DNA of 64,000 nt from positions 62,136,464 through 62,200,463 of the forward strand of contig NC_043011.1 in assembly GCF_006345805.1 (NCBI RefSeq). Reading direction: 5' to 3'. The DNA is from Octopus sinensis. Taxonomy: Eukaryota. This document shows positions 51,248-64,000 of this stretch, in pieces. Each line of letters opens with the position of its first letter. Position 1 is the first letter of the stretch. A model generated the notes under the pieces. That model saw only the letters and a program-made list of their open reading frames with translations. It ran no database searches and was not told the DNA's origin. The translations under genes were made by a program, and so were the position numbers.

Positions 51248-51986
51248 CTACAAATGCAAACAAACATTAGCAAAATAAGAATTACCAGCCCCCCCCCCAT
51301 CACAACCAGTATCCTCACCATCTCCACCACCACCACCACCACTACCATCATCATCATCATCGTCAATCATTGTTTTAATGTCCACCTTTCCATGCTTGTA
51401 TGAGGTGGAAGAAATTTGTTGTGACTGGATGCCCTTCCTGTTGCCAACACTCCCCCATTTCTAAGTAAAGTAATGTTTCCCCATGACCAGACATGTTTTT
51501 ATGGAAGACTGGAAATGAAGGCCACTGGCTTGTACGACAGTGTCACTTGCTTATGACTATCAGTCGATGTCAAAGCAGGAAGACAGTAACTCACACACAC
51601 ACAAACATGATGGGCTTCTTTACAGTTTCTGTGTACCAAATCCACCCACAAGGTCTTGGCTGACCTGGGACTATAGAAGGAGGCAATGTGCCAAGCAGTG
51701 GGACTGAACCTGAAACTATGTGGTTGGGAAAAGCAAACTTCTCACCACACACCATCATCATCATCGTTTAGTGTCCACTTTCCATGCTGGCATGGGTTGG
51801 ACGCTTTGACTGAAAACTGGTAAGCCAGGGAGCTGCACCAAGTTCCAATCTGATTTGGTAAGGTTTCTATGACTGGAGGTCCTACCTAATGCCAACCACT
51901 CCAAGAGTGTAGAGGGTGCTTTTCCCATACCATTGGCACGGGTGCTATTCATGTGACACCGGCATCAGCCATGACTACAATCCCAC

Positions 51987-52023
51987 TTCGAACCTGGGTT
52001 CTCATCTCTAAGGTATTTTTCAA

Positions 52024-52056
<33 letters not shown>

Positions 52057-52324
52057 AGTCACTGCCTGGAATCGAACTCAGAATCTTGTGGTTAGTAGCC
52101 TGCGCTCTTAACCACGGGCATATGTTGGATTCCAGACAGTGACCTGAACAGCAACAAAAACAGCGATGACGACGACGCCGGTGGTGAAAAATACCTTAGG
52201 AATGAGAACCCAGGTTCAAAATTTCCCTAAGACACCTGATGAAAGCTGGAGGGTATATCAGCCGAAACATTGTGTTAACAACAAACAAGATGAGGACAAA
52301 TATCCATCAATTGCAAATAATGTA
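51987..52324. mobile_element. Family D inverted pair (both arms partial)
   Basis: Minus arm with tRNA head 51987-52115; plus arm 52116-52324 with tRNA body deleted and hammerhead motif at 52231-52276. Confidence 0.85.
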
Positions 52325-52734
52325 ATTAAATTATAAATTGTGTAAAAAAAATTGTTAAAGTATTTCGCGTATTGCAGATAAATTTTAACGGAATCTTCTT
52401 TGGACCCCACCCACCAAGGGTCATACTGATTTTGATTGGGACCCCTTGATGTAGAGGGAATGATTTGGTATCATCTGGACCCTACTTTCATATTATACTT
52501 GTCCCTTGAGTATATATTACAGGACTCATTTTATAAGCCGAATTGAGGGTGCTGGACCCCTCATGGATAATGAAAGAATGTGACGTGTGTAGAAATGCCC
52601 TGATGATAGTGACCAAAGGCAATAAGACATGTCAGCACGGAAAGGAGAATCTGATGTGAAAAAGGTGAATAGAAGGCAAGAATGCATGAATGAAGACATT
52701 GGTGTAGGAGTTGTGAAGCGATGTAGAGACTTAC

Positions 52735-52820
52735 TTCAGGAGTTTCTTCTTTTGATGCGGAGTTAAAGACTTGAGGAACTTCACTTCTTCGTCTTCATCA
52801 TCTTTTACTTCGACATCTTT
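52735..52820 (-). CDS. CIR1: CIR1 exon (KDVEVKDDEDEEVKFLKSLTPHQKKKLL)
   Basis: Acceptor tttattcacag, donor AA|gtaagt; phase 0 to 2; resembles EDPEVEFLKSLTTKQKQKLL. Confidence 0.92.
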
Positions 52821-53699
52821 CTGTGAATAAAAACCAGATAAAGGGTGAAACGAAATTCATTAATAATGATCATAAATTTTCGGCTAAGTTCACATGCTGT
52901 GATGAAATGTGAGAAGAAGGCACTGATGGGTCTGAGCAACACTCGTCTTTGAAATGATGAGGGTAATAAGGAAAGGTAAAGGGAGAGGTTTTAGAAACAT
53001 CAGAAGTAAAGGCATGGTTAAGAAGCTCCCTTGGCAATCATGTGATCTCAGGTTAAGTCGTAATGCACATCACTTTGGACAAGGGTCCTTTGGTATGGCC
53101 CTGGGATCATCAAAGTCTTGTGAATAAATTTGGTAGAATAAAACTAAAAAAAAAGTGCCTTACTCTGCCGACCTGGACTGGAGCTAAAAGGATTTGAACT
53201 CAGGATGTAATGAGATGTGACCAAAAGTCACAGGATATTTTGTCGGATGCTCCACCAATTCTACCATACACCAATATGGTGGAATTGATAGACTAATGTT
53301 GTCTTGACACAATTGGCTGAGAGGCCAAGAATATGTTGAGGAGAGAATTCAACTGTTTGATCAGCTCAAAGTCAATCCTGCTAAAAGGCACCTATAATCA
53401 AAGACGTTCCAACCATGACCAAACCATCTTTTTTTTCAAATATACTGAATTATTGAACCAAGGAACACATTATTCAAAAGAATATGTGTGTGTGTTACCA
53501 TCTCCTTGCCTTACCTTTGAGTAACAGTTGTAAACAAGTGCCACTGTTATACAAGCAGGCGTCATTCATTTCCAATATGCTGTGATGATATATATCTGGC
53601 CATGAAGAAATATTACTTCGTTTGGAAACAGGTGAGGGTTGGTGACAGAAAGGGCATCCACCTGTAGAATATCCAGCCACAACAAATTTCATCCAAGCA

Positions 53700-54025
53700 T
53701 GGAACAGTGGATCGGTGGCATGTAAAAAGCACCATCCGAACGTGGCCGATGCCAGTGCCGCCTTGACTGGCTTTTGTGCCGGTGGCACTTAAAAAGCACC
53801 AACTGATTGTGGCTGTTGCCAGCCTCCCTTGGCACCTGTGCTGGTGGCACGTAAAAAGCACCCACTACACTCACGGAGTGGCTGGCATTAGGAAGGGCAT
53901 CCAGCTGTAGAAACACTGCCAGATCAGACTGGAACTTGGTGCAGCCTCTAAGCTTCCCAGACCCCGGTCGAACCATCCAACCCGTGCTAGCACAGAAAAC
54001 GGACATTAAACGATGATGATGATGA
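53700..54025 (+). mobile_element. Family A SINE with multiple modules
   Basis: Family A strings, (GAT)n tail. Confidence 0.8.
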
Positions 54026-54838
54026 TTTTTTTGTTTACTGACGGTAATTGGCTATGTCCTAATAGATGATGGCCATGCAGAGAAGGTGGGTAGCTCTTAA
54101 AAATTATTTAGGCAGGAGGGAACAAAGTGCTCATGACCCTTTACAGAGTCCCTGAGATTGATGGGAGCGAAGGAAAGGAAGTTAACTCACAGCCAGAGAC
54201 TTGCTTAAATGCTTGTGATGGGGAGGCTCTAGAAGCATCCAAAGTGCCAAGTGGTGGTCATGTGAAAACAAGTGGTTTAGCACCACCAGTCACACAGAGA
54301 GGCCAGGATGGGATCTGAACTCAGAAACCATAGAACTGGAACAAGTACCACAATGCACCTGGCCCAATATTCTTACAGCTCTACCAATCCACCTTCCTAG
54401 CTTTTTATTGGCCCTGTAAGGATGAAGGGCAAAGTCAACCTAACCAGCATTTGAACTCGTAGTGCAGAGAGTTGTCAGTTTATCAATTAAGAGCCTGTGT
54501 ACAGCAGTGAACATGAAATTCGTTATTGTACAGGAAGAGGAGGAGTGTGTGTGGGGGAGGTATATAACCAAACCCTGGGGCACACCACAACATGTGTGGA
54601 TGCCCTTGGACATTTGGTTAGATGGCTGGATGCCCTTCTTGATGGAAGCCCTTACTTGTTTCCAAATGAAATAATAATCTTCTATTCTACAGAAGAACAA
54701 AGAGCCCCAAACATGGTAATTCAGAGAATTGGAGACAAAAAGACACCTTTTGGATGAGACTTTCGTATCGGAAGGCTACACAGCATCAAAAGAAGCTTGG
54801 AGGAGGCAGTGACATGAAGAAATCAATTAATTAATTAC

Positions 54839-54924
54839 CTCATCAATCAACCTTCCCATGATGTTTTTTTTCAATACCAAACCATCTTCATGCATACTTT
54901 CCATGAGAGAAGAATCGTTCCGGG
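54839..54924 (-). CDS. CIR1: CIR1 exon (RNDSSLMESMHEDGLVLKKNIMGRLIDE)
   Basis: Acceptor (t)n gcag, donor GAG|gtaatt; phase 1 to 0; resembles ELIAEMRNSGFALKRNVLGR. Confidence 0.85.
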
Positions 54925-55665
54925 CTGCAAAAAAAAAAAAATGAAAAATAAAATAAATAAATAAAAAATCTTAAAAAGTACATAAGCAATTAATGCGTTT
55001 GGATTAGGCAAATGAATTGCTACTTAAGTAATGAGTGGTGGGCATGGCTGTGTGGCTAAGAAGTTCCCATTGCAACCATGTAGTCTCATGTACAGTGTGC
55101 CTGTATGGTATGTTGGGGACTGGGGGGGGGGAGGGGCAGATTGCTCAAGCCAGCTTTGCACTGTCGTGATCAATGTTTTGTATGTGGAAATGGTAGACGG
55201 AAACTGTGTGGAAGTCCATCACGTGCGTGTGTGTGTGATCATTTAATGTCTGTTTTCCATGCTGGCATGGGTTGGATGCTTTGAAAGAATCCAGGGAGCC
55301 ACAGGGCCACATCATGCTCCATGTCAGCTTTGGCATGGTTTCTCCAACCAGAGATGTCTTTCCCAAACACCAACCACTTTACAGAGTGTAATGGGGTACC
55401 TTTTATGTGGCACCACCACCACTGCGATTGCCATACACCTTGCAAGACTAAAATCCTCTTTGAGTGGGAGCTGCGGACAGGGGAAGGCAGCTTCATGCTG
55501 AGAGACGAGGAGTTAAAGTATGCAAAAGATGCAAGAACACAAGAGATTTCTTGTAGAGGAGCTACATGGCTGCTCACATCATAAAAGAATGGGTGGGAGT
55601 AACCAGGGTGGAGCTGGATAGGGAAATAAAATATTGGTGATGAAGTGTTGGGGTCTCTTTATAAA

Positions 55666-55887
55666 ACCTTTCATTACTGTATTTCTATTGAGATGCTCTG
55701 TGTTTCTTTCAATTAATTTTAAATATAACAAAGAATTTAGTAAAATAACTTAGTTATCCTTAAGCTAGTGTTAGGAACATAAATTGTGACTAAGGTTTGG
55801 TGGAAGATTTTAATTCAGAACTTATGAAAACAAGACTCTTGCACTACAGAGCCAGAGGCGGTTTCAGGTGGGTTGGTATCGAAAGGG
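55666..55887. mobile_element. piggyBac-type MITE, copy 2
   Basis: Colinear with 17355-17574; right end GAAAGGG-TTAA. Confidence 0.8.
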
Positions 55888-56879
55888 TTAAAAGCTTTGC
55901 CTGTTGTGTATCACATAAGATACAGAAAACCTATTTCTCTGGGACCTATTCATCATATATGATACACATTCCCAATGTTTTTCAACCTTCTGAGTAACTT
56001 GGAACTTATGAAATAATAGCTTTTTGTTAGTCAGAACATTTGTAGCAAAGGGCAACCAAAAGGTCTGAAATCATGAATGGACGTTTAGGACAAACCTGTG
56101 GAAATGCGTTGGGCAGGCAAAGGGTTAAGTGAAAAACCCCTCGAAAGAGGGAAGAGAAAGAGCATCTGTTGATTCATCAAGATTAGGAAAAAGTTACTTC
56201 CCTTTAGACGAGAAACGTAAATCTCAATCGTTTGATGAACATAAATCAGTGAAGTGAACACGGAATTTGGTCAGTGAACAGGTTGCGGTTTCAAAGCAAT
56301 GAAAATATTTTGACAAATTAAATTTAAATGGCTCATAAACACCTTCCCCGTTGCAATTGTTATAAAGCAGACACAGATGGAAATAAATTCCATCGGTTGA
56401 GATGATGTAAATAAAAAAGCCCTTCGTTGTAATGCCCCAGTATGGCCATATTCCAAAGATTAAAACCATTAAAACTGGCATGGCTGGGTGTTTGTGAAAA
56501 CCGCTTTCTAACAAAGTGTCTTCTACTAACTAGAGGGGGGCCCTGGGTTGACCAGAGCCTTGGAAGTGCATTTAGAAACCCATCATGTGTGTGTGCATGT
56601 GTGTGTACATAATGTCTCAGTATACAAGTTAATTTGTTTCTGGAGATTGCTCGTAATGCAAAAACTCGTAAAGCAGGGCAATAATTTCCCACAGTAGACA
56701 ACGTTATAAATCATATTTCATTCCCAGAAAAATATCTTATCCATAAAATTTATGATATTCGTAAATAAATGGCAATAAAACAAAAGTAGAATGTAAAGAA
56801 TATTTTATGTAAAGTAAAAACAATGTCAAAATCATTTATAATAAAGAATATTATTATTATAATCATAAGCTGGCCTTTG

Positions 56880-57260
56880 TGCCGATGGCACGTTAAACAC
56901 ACCATTTGAGCGTGATTGATACCAGTGTCGCCTTACTAGCACTTGTGCTGGTGGCATGTGAAACATTCAAGCGAGGTTGTTGCCAGTGCTGCTGGACTGG
57001 CTCTTGTGCAGGTAGCACATAAAAAGCACCATTTGGGTGTGACCGTTGCCAGCCCCACCAAATAGGCCCTCGTGCCGGTGGCATGTAAAAAGCACCCACA
57101 ACACTCTCGGAGTGGTTGGCGTTAGGAAGGGCATCCAGCTGTAGAAACTCTGCCAGATCAGATTGGAGTCTGGTTCGCCAGACCTTAGTCAAATCGTCCA
57201 ACCCATGCTAGCATGGAAAGCGGACGTTAAACAATGATGATGATGATGACGATGATGATT
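56880..57260 (+). mobile_element. Family A SINE with multiple modules
   Basis: Family A strings. Confidence 0.8.
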
Positions 57261-57871
57261 TTCTGAATCACTTTCACTAGCACTGGACATGTGCACACCA
57301 TCACATATAGACTTGATCGCCAATTCACAAGCACTCATAGACAGACACGTAGGTTTCTTTTTGAAAACCAAGTCTAGAGTTGTTTGCTAAGAAGAAGAAT
57401 TTTATTTGCTCTCTATAAATTTCTTGGTAACATGCAGAAGCATTTGATATGGTAGGAGTAACTTTTGCACTTTGTTCAAAAATCTGGATCTTATGCTTGA
57501 AAAATTCCAGTTCACCATTACGAAAATGAGGGGAAAACTAAAAGTTGTAAAGCCAGGGTCTTGTAAAGCAGGCCCTTGTTAAGTGCTGTATTACTGTATG
57601 TGTATGTCTTTGCGTTTGTACCCTCAACACAATCTGCTTGAAGCTGGTGTCAGTTTATTTTCTTTTGTTTAGAAGCTTGCTTCCCAATCACAGGGTTCTG
57701 GGTTCCGTCCCACTGCATGGTACCTTGGGCAAGTGTCTCCTGCTACACCCTCGGGCTGACTGAAACCTTGTGAGTGGATTTGGTCGACAGAAACTGAGAG
57801 AAGCCCATTGCATATATATATATATATATGTAATATATATATATACGCACACATATATATATATATATATG

Positions 57872-57905
<34 letters not shown>

Positions 57906-58743
57906 AATATAGACCGGAGTAAACACATAAATGTGAAACAAGGTGGAAAAAAGAGTACTCAAATACCAGTGGTATTCATACGTCTGTATATGTATGTATG
58001 GCGTTTACGCGCATCCTTTTGTGTATGTTGATATATATATGTGGATTTTAATATAAATATGTATTGCAGTATTTATAACAGGTTTAATTTCTATGCATTA
58101 ATTTGTACTGTCTTCATTAACGGCAATAGGTTTTTTCCTCGGTTTTTTCCTCGGATTTTATAATTTTTATAATTTTTATAAGTTTTTTTATATATATATA
58201 CATATATTTTTGACCTTTTTGTTTATCGCTCGAAGATTGACCGTTTTTTTCTAAAGGGCCAATCAAACAAGTCCATTTCTTTTTAAAGGTGTAGCGTTTG
58301 TAAGAGTATAGATTGAATTAATATATGTTCCATTCTAGCAAAAACTGTCTGATGAACGGCAACGAGAAACTCAGAGTAACAGATTTTGTTGAATTTTCTG
58401 CTGCTTAAAATAAAGTATATGTAAATATATATATATACACACACATATATATATATATATGTAAATATATATATATACATATATATATGTCTGTGTATCT
58501 TTGTGTCTGTGTTTGTTCCGCCACCATCGCTTGACAACTGATGTTGGTATGTTTACGTCCCCATAACTTAACAGTCTAACAAAAGAGACTGATAAAATAG
58601 GTAACAAGACTTAAAGAGGTAGGTACTGAAGTTGATTTCCTCAACTTACCCATTTGAAGGCAGTGCCCCAGAATGGCCGCAGTCCAATGAGCAAAACAAG
58701 CAAAAAAGACAGAAAGCTATCAACACTGTTGTGTTGTACTTAC

Positions 58744-58895
58744 ACTGAGTTGGTTCAGCCGTCAGGCTCTTCCCATAAAGGGGGCAGATTTTATCTGTGT
58801 TGACATGGCCCCATTCGCGGCACTTGATACAGCGCACGTTCCTGACTTCAATTCCGAACGGTTGGTCACGAATGGTGTCATCGTTTTTGGCATAG
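58744..58895 (-). CDS. CIR1: CIR1 exon with zinc-knuckle motif ([41 protein letters not shown])
   Basis: Very close to the conserved CIR1 block [34 protein letters not shown]; acceptor ttgcag, donor T|gtaagt; phase 2 to 1. Confidence 0.97.
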
Positions 58896-60109
58896 CTGCA
58901 ATATAAAAGCATCATCATCATCATTATCCTCATCACCACCACCACCACCTCCATCACTACCATCCTCGTCACCCAACCATCATATTCAAGAATAACGTCA
59001 GCATGCGCAAATAAGGGTTCCAAATTTTGGCACAAGGCCGGCATGTTCGGAGGAGGGGGGGTCAAGTCAATTACATTGAAACACCCTGTCCCCTCCTCCC
59101 ATTGCTTGGCTGGTACTTATTTCATCAACCCCAAAAGGACAGATGGTGAAGTCAACCTCCATGAAATTTGAACTCAGGTTATTTAGAACCAAATGAAATA
59201 CTACTAGACATTTTATCAGATTTGCTAACGATTTTACCAGCTCATCACCTTATCAACACAAGGAAAATATTTATCAAATACCACCTGTTTCCAAGGAAAT
59301 ACTTGCTCATGGACACACAAGTTCTCACAGAATATTGGAAATGAATGATATTTCTTGTAGGACTGAAAGCAATTTTACAATTATTTTCCAAAGTCAAGAC
59401 AAGACACAAAAACACACACACCTCTCTCTTCCTCTCGCTCTCAATACACATATGACAGGCTTCTTTCAATTTCTGTTAACCTAATTCCCTCAGACGGTCC
59501 AGGGCTGCAGTGAAAGACACTTGCCTAAGGTGTCATGCAGTGGGGTTGAACCAGGAACCAAGAGGTTGGGAACTAAACTTCTTACCACACAGCCATGCCA
59601 ATGTCCAACATATGCATTTTGCATCATCATCATCATCATCATCATCATTTAACGTCTGTTGTCCGTACTGGCGTAGGTTGGATGGTTTGACTGGGTTGGC
59701 ATGCTGGAAGGCTGCACCAGACTCCAGTCTGATTTGGCATGGTTTTCTATGGCTGGATGCCCTTCCTAATGCAGACCACTCCGAGAGTGTAATGGGTGCT
59801 TTACATGCCATTTGTGTGACACAGGGGTGAGTTTACATGCCACCAGCAAGGGCGCCAACTTGTGTGACATCGGTAGCCGCCACAACGGTGATTTTGCTTG
59901 ACCTGATGGGCCATCATCTCAAGCACGACATAATACCAAAAGTCTTGGTCATTGCTTCCATGAAGCCCAACACTCTACAAGGAACTCAGCCACTTTGCCT
60001 CCATGAGTATTATAAAAACACACATGTTTATATATTCAATAAACAACGCTAATCATTAGGCCATGTACGTTCAGAAAATATAACATCTCTTCTTGAGTAT
60101 ATATAATCT

Positions 60110-60500
60110 TTTCTACTCTAGGCATAAGACCCAAAATTTTTGGGGAGGGGAGCAGTCGATTAGATCAACCCTAGTATGCAACTGGTATTTAATTTATCAA
60201 GCCCAAAAGGATGAAAGGCAAAGTCGACCTCGGCAGAATTTGAACTCAGAACACAAAGACAGATGAAATACCTATTTCTTTACTACACACAGGGGGCTAA
60301 ACACAGAGGACAAACAAGGACAGACCAACAGATTAAGCCGATTACATTGACCCCAGTGCATAACTGGTACTTATTTAATCGACCCTGAAAGGATGAAAGG
60401 CAAAGTCGACCTCGGCAGAATTTGAACTCAGAACATAGCGGCAGACGAAATACCGCTAAGCATTTCACCCAGCATACTAACATTTCTGCCAGCTCACTGC
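60110..60500 (-). mobile_element. Two adjacent family B SINE segments
   Basis: GGATGAAAGGCAAAGTCGACCTCGGCAGAATTTGAACTCAGAAC occurs twice. Confidence 0.8.
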
Positions 60501-60928
60501 CTTAATATATATATATAATACACACACACACATCATCATCACCTAACATCCATTTTCCATATTGACATGGGTTGGATGGTTTGTCAGGAGCTGGCAAGCC
60601 AGGGTGTTGCACCAGGCTCCAACTGCATGCTTTAACATGGTTTCTGCACCCTGATGACCATCCTAATGCCAACCACTCTACAGAGTGCACAGGGTGTTTT
60701 GTATGTGGCACTAGCACCAAGCACAGGTGCTTTGTCTCCATGACACCAGCATGGGTGCTGTCCATGCGGCACCAGCCTGGGTGCTTCGTATGTAGCAACA
60801 GCAGCAGTGTTGTTAATGTGGTACGAGCACCCGGAAGCTTGCAAGAGAAAAACCTTTGAAGTGAGAGATTAGAGTAGGACAGAGGGACAACACAGGTTGA
60901 CATATTTGAAATCTGTAACAATACTTAC

Positions 60929-60993
60929 GCTTCTCTGGGTGCATTATATTTCCTCTGCCATTCAAATTTATATTCCTGGTCAGTTTCTTCATT
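60929..60993 (-). CDS. CIR1: CIR1 exon (NEETDQEYKFEWQRKYNAPRE)
   Basis: Acceptor ctgtttttcaag, donor GC|gtaagt; phase 0 to 2; resembles ETEYKFEWQKGAPRE. Confidence 0.95.
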
Positions 60994-62189
60994 CTTGAAA
61001 AACAGAAATATTTAACAGATATAACAACACAAACAACAACAATAATGGTTTCGAATTTTGGCACAAGGCCAGCAACTATAGGGGAGGGGGTAATTCTATT
61101 ATTCTTTTTTATTTGTTTCAGTCATTTGACTGTGGCCATGCTGGAGCACCGCCTTCAGTGGAAGTAATCAACACCAGGGCCTATTCTTTGTAAGCCTGGT
61201 ACTTATTCTATCGATCTCTTTTGCCGAACTGCTAGGTTACAGGGATGTAAACACACCAGCATCAATTGTCAGGTGATTGTGGGGAGATGAACACACACAC
61301 ACACACATGACGAGCTTCTTTCAGTTTCCGTCAACCAAATCCATTCACAAGGCTTTGGTTGGCCTGAGGCTATAGTAGAAGACACTTGCCCAAGGTACCA
61401 TGCAGTGGGACTGAACCCGGAACCATTTGGTTGGTAAGCAAGCTACTTACCACACAGCCACTCCTGCATCAATAATATTTATTTCTTTATTGCCCACAAG
61501 GGGGCTAAACATAGAGGGGACAAACAAGGACAGACAAAGAGATTAAGTTGATTACATTGACCCCATTATGCAACTGGTACTTAATTTATAGCCCCCCCCC
61601 CTCCTCCCCGACAGAACAAAAATGTAAAGTCGACTTTGGTGGAATTTGAACTCAGAACGTAATAATAACCACAATAATTTAGTTGATTAGATTGACAATA
61701 ATATTTTACAGATTCTTTATTTGATGAAACTTGAAAGGATGAAAGGCAAAACTAGCCACAAATAATAATAACCATCAGTTTTACATCTGGTTTTTCTCTG
61801 CTGGCATGGGTTAGACGTGATATTTAGAGGCTGTTCTCTTAGGGTGAAGACCCATCGAACTGCACACCATTACTGGTTTTCAAGCAAGGCACTGACTTTA
61901 AATTCATGGTTTTGCACGTCAAACTGTTGCCAGTTGTTCTGCTTCTGTGGGACATCAGCAATGGCAGCACCAGATGAGATGCAAAGCCTCCAGAATACAA
62001 ACATGTATATACACACACAGACTCCCCCTCTCTCTCACACATCCTCTCACTTGCACACACACACACTCTCTCTTCTCCAAAAAAACTGATTGTGTTAAAT
62101 CAAGTCAAGTTCACTTCTGCTTGATTTAAACATTCTATATAAAGGGATGTAACTAGGTTTAATATGTGACTATTGTCTCTTTTCTGCTC

Positions 62190-62450
62190 TAGGCACAAGG
62201 GGGAGTGGGCCAGTCAATTAGATTGAACCCAGTACGCAGCTGGTACTTAATTTATCAACCCCGAAAGGATGAAAGGCAAAGTCGACCTTGGCAGAATTTG
62301 AACTCAGAACGTAAAGACAGACGAAATACTGGGAAGCATTTTGCCCCGTGTGCTAACGTTTCTTATTTCTTAGACACAGAGAGGACAAACAAGGACAGAC
62401 AAACGGACTAAGTCGATTATATCGACCCCAGTGCATAACTGGTACTTATT
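62190..62450 (-). mobile_element. Family B SINE segments
   Basis: Family B strings. Confidence 0.75.
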
Positions 62451-62712
62451 TATATATATATACACACACACATACAATAAAAATAGGTGATTTCTAGAAA
62501 ATTGTTTGCTTTCTGTCTTTGTTGCCATAGCAATCTCCTAAGAGAGAAATAAACAACATTCTTGTCTCAGTTAAGTATCACCATTATTTTAAAATTCTAT
62601 GAAAATCCTGTCTGAAATAATGAAGATTTCTAGCAGCTGAGGGCAGTAGAAAAGGGGAAGATGAGAGGACATAAGTAGTGTTGTCGGGGCACAGAAAGAG
62701 AATTATGCTTAC

Positions 62713-62791
62713 CTCCTTCTTCTTAAACCCTGGTGGAGCATCATACATGAAACTGAGGCCGACTTTAGCTTTCTCGTCACCAAGTAAAGCC
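62713..62791 (-). CDS. CIR1: CIR1 exon (ALLGDEKAKVGLSFMYDAPPGFKKKE); upstream exons outside the window
   Basis: Acceptor ctctcctgcag, donor GAG|gtaagc; resembles [26 protein letters not shown]. Confidence 0.95.
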
Positions 62792-63211
62792 CTGCAGGAG
62801 AGAAGAGAATTGATTAGAAAAAGCTCATTGTATTTTCAAGCATATCATCATCATCGTTTAACATCCGTTTTCCATGCTGGCATGGGTTGGACGGTTTGAC
62901 TGAGGACAGGAGAGCCAGTAGCTGCACCAGGCCCAGTCTGATCTGGTAGAGTTTCTACTGCTGGATGCCCTTCTCAACACCAACCATTTCGAGAGTGTAG
63001 TGGGTGCTTTTTACATGTGCCTCTGGCATCAACCACATTCGGATGGCGCTTTTTATGTGCCACCAGCATGGGGATCCAGTCAGACAGCATTAGCATCCAC
63101 CACGATTACGATTTCACTTGACTCAACAGGCCTTCTCAAGCACAGCATATCACCCGATGATTCAAGGGTACTTTTAAATGAGCTGGTTATGCGATACTGT
63201 TTCAAGCACAG

Positions 63212-63667
63212 ATCTATATTTAAGAGATGAGGAATTATGTACATTTACATTTGATGGATATTTGTCCTCATCTTGTTTGTTGTTAACACAACATTTCGGC
63301 TGATATACCCTCCAGCCTTCATCAGGTGTCTTCGTGAAATTTCGAACCTGGGTTCTCATTCCTAAGGTATTTTTCGATGTTGTTATTATTATCATCATCA
63401 TTATCATTATTCAGGTCACTGCCTGGAATCGAACTTGGAATCTTGGGGTTAGTAGCCCGTGCTCTTAACCACTATGCCATATGCCTATTGGCATATGGTG
63501 TAGTGACCTGAATAATAATAATAACAAGGTCGAAAAATACCTTAGGAATGAGAACCCAGGTTCGAAATTTCCCCAAGACACCTGATGAAGGCTGGAGGGT
63601 ATATCAGCTGAAATATTGTGTTGATAACAAACAAGATGAGGACAAATATATGTCAAAAGTAAATAAC
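63212..63667. mobile_element. Family D inverted pair with 13-bp TSD
   Basis: Full minus arm 63212-63485, plus arm 63490-63667 lacking the tRNA body; GTTTCAAGCACAG at 63199-63211 and 63668-63680. Confidence 0.9.
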
Positions 63668-64000
63668 GTTTCAAGCACAGTTGAATTTTTCAGACCCAAA
63701 TTAATAGGGCAAAAAAAAAAAAAAAGGTAGGGGTCAAGTTATTTTCTAAAACAACATTGGAGTACCAAAAATACCAAATGAGATGCAACAGGAATTGGAG
63801 AGAGAGAGTGATGCAGTTTGAATGTTTATTACATTAACACGTCAAAATCAAGTTCGATGACTGGCGTCCGTGCTAGTAGGATGCAAAGAGCACCATACGG
63901 GTGTGATCATTGACAGAGTGGCTAACTGGCTTTAGTGCCAGTGGAACTTAAAAGGCACCATTCAAGCGTGATCGTTACCAGCGTCACCTTACTGGCACTC

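Overview
AT-rich, microsatellite- and SINE-dense animal genomic DNA. The repeat families and (TA)n/(ATT)n/(CAT)n load suggest a coleoid cephalopod such as Octopus (inference). Two convergent protein-coding genes are supported: (1) the last two coding exons of an unidentified + strand gene (12498-12571 spliced in frame to 21707-22392, a Ser/acidic tail); (2) seven coding exons of CIR1 (corepressor interacting with RBPJ 1) on the - strand (62791 down to the stop at 48652), whose N-terminal exons lie beyond the window. Between them is a CpG-rich promoter-like island (about 40.24-40.55 kb; YY1-, ETS- and NRF1-type motifs) with no assignable gene. The rest is decayed transposable-element DNA (Tc1/mariner, Penelope-like, R4-type RLE and CR1/L2 LINE remnants, piggyBac- and hAT-type MITEs, several SINE families). 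Most ORFs in the supplied track are microsatellite or SINE artefacts. The most striking observation is a tRNA-headed SINE whose 3' half carries a minimal type I hammerhead-ribozyme motif. All four loci found in the window are head-to-head inverted pairs. Two have 12-13 bp target-site duplications around the whole pair, and in the three fully readable pairs only one arm has an extra ~30-nt tail. This suggests a Pol III / ribozyme non-autonomous element mobilised by Penelope-like machinery. Repeat boundaries are read by eye and approximate, and only representative SINE copies are listed.
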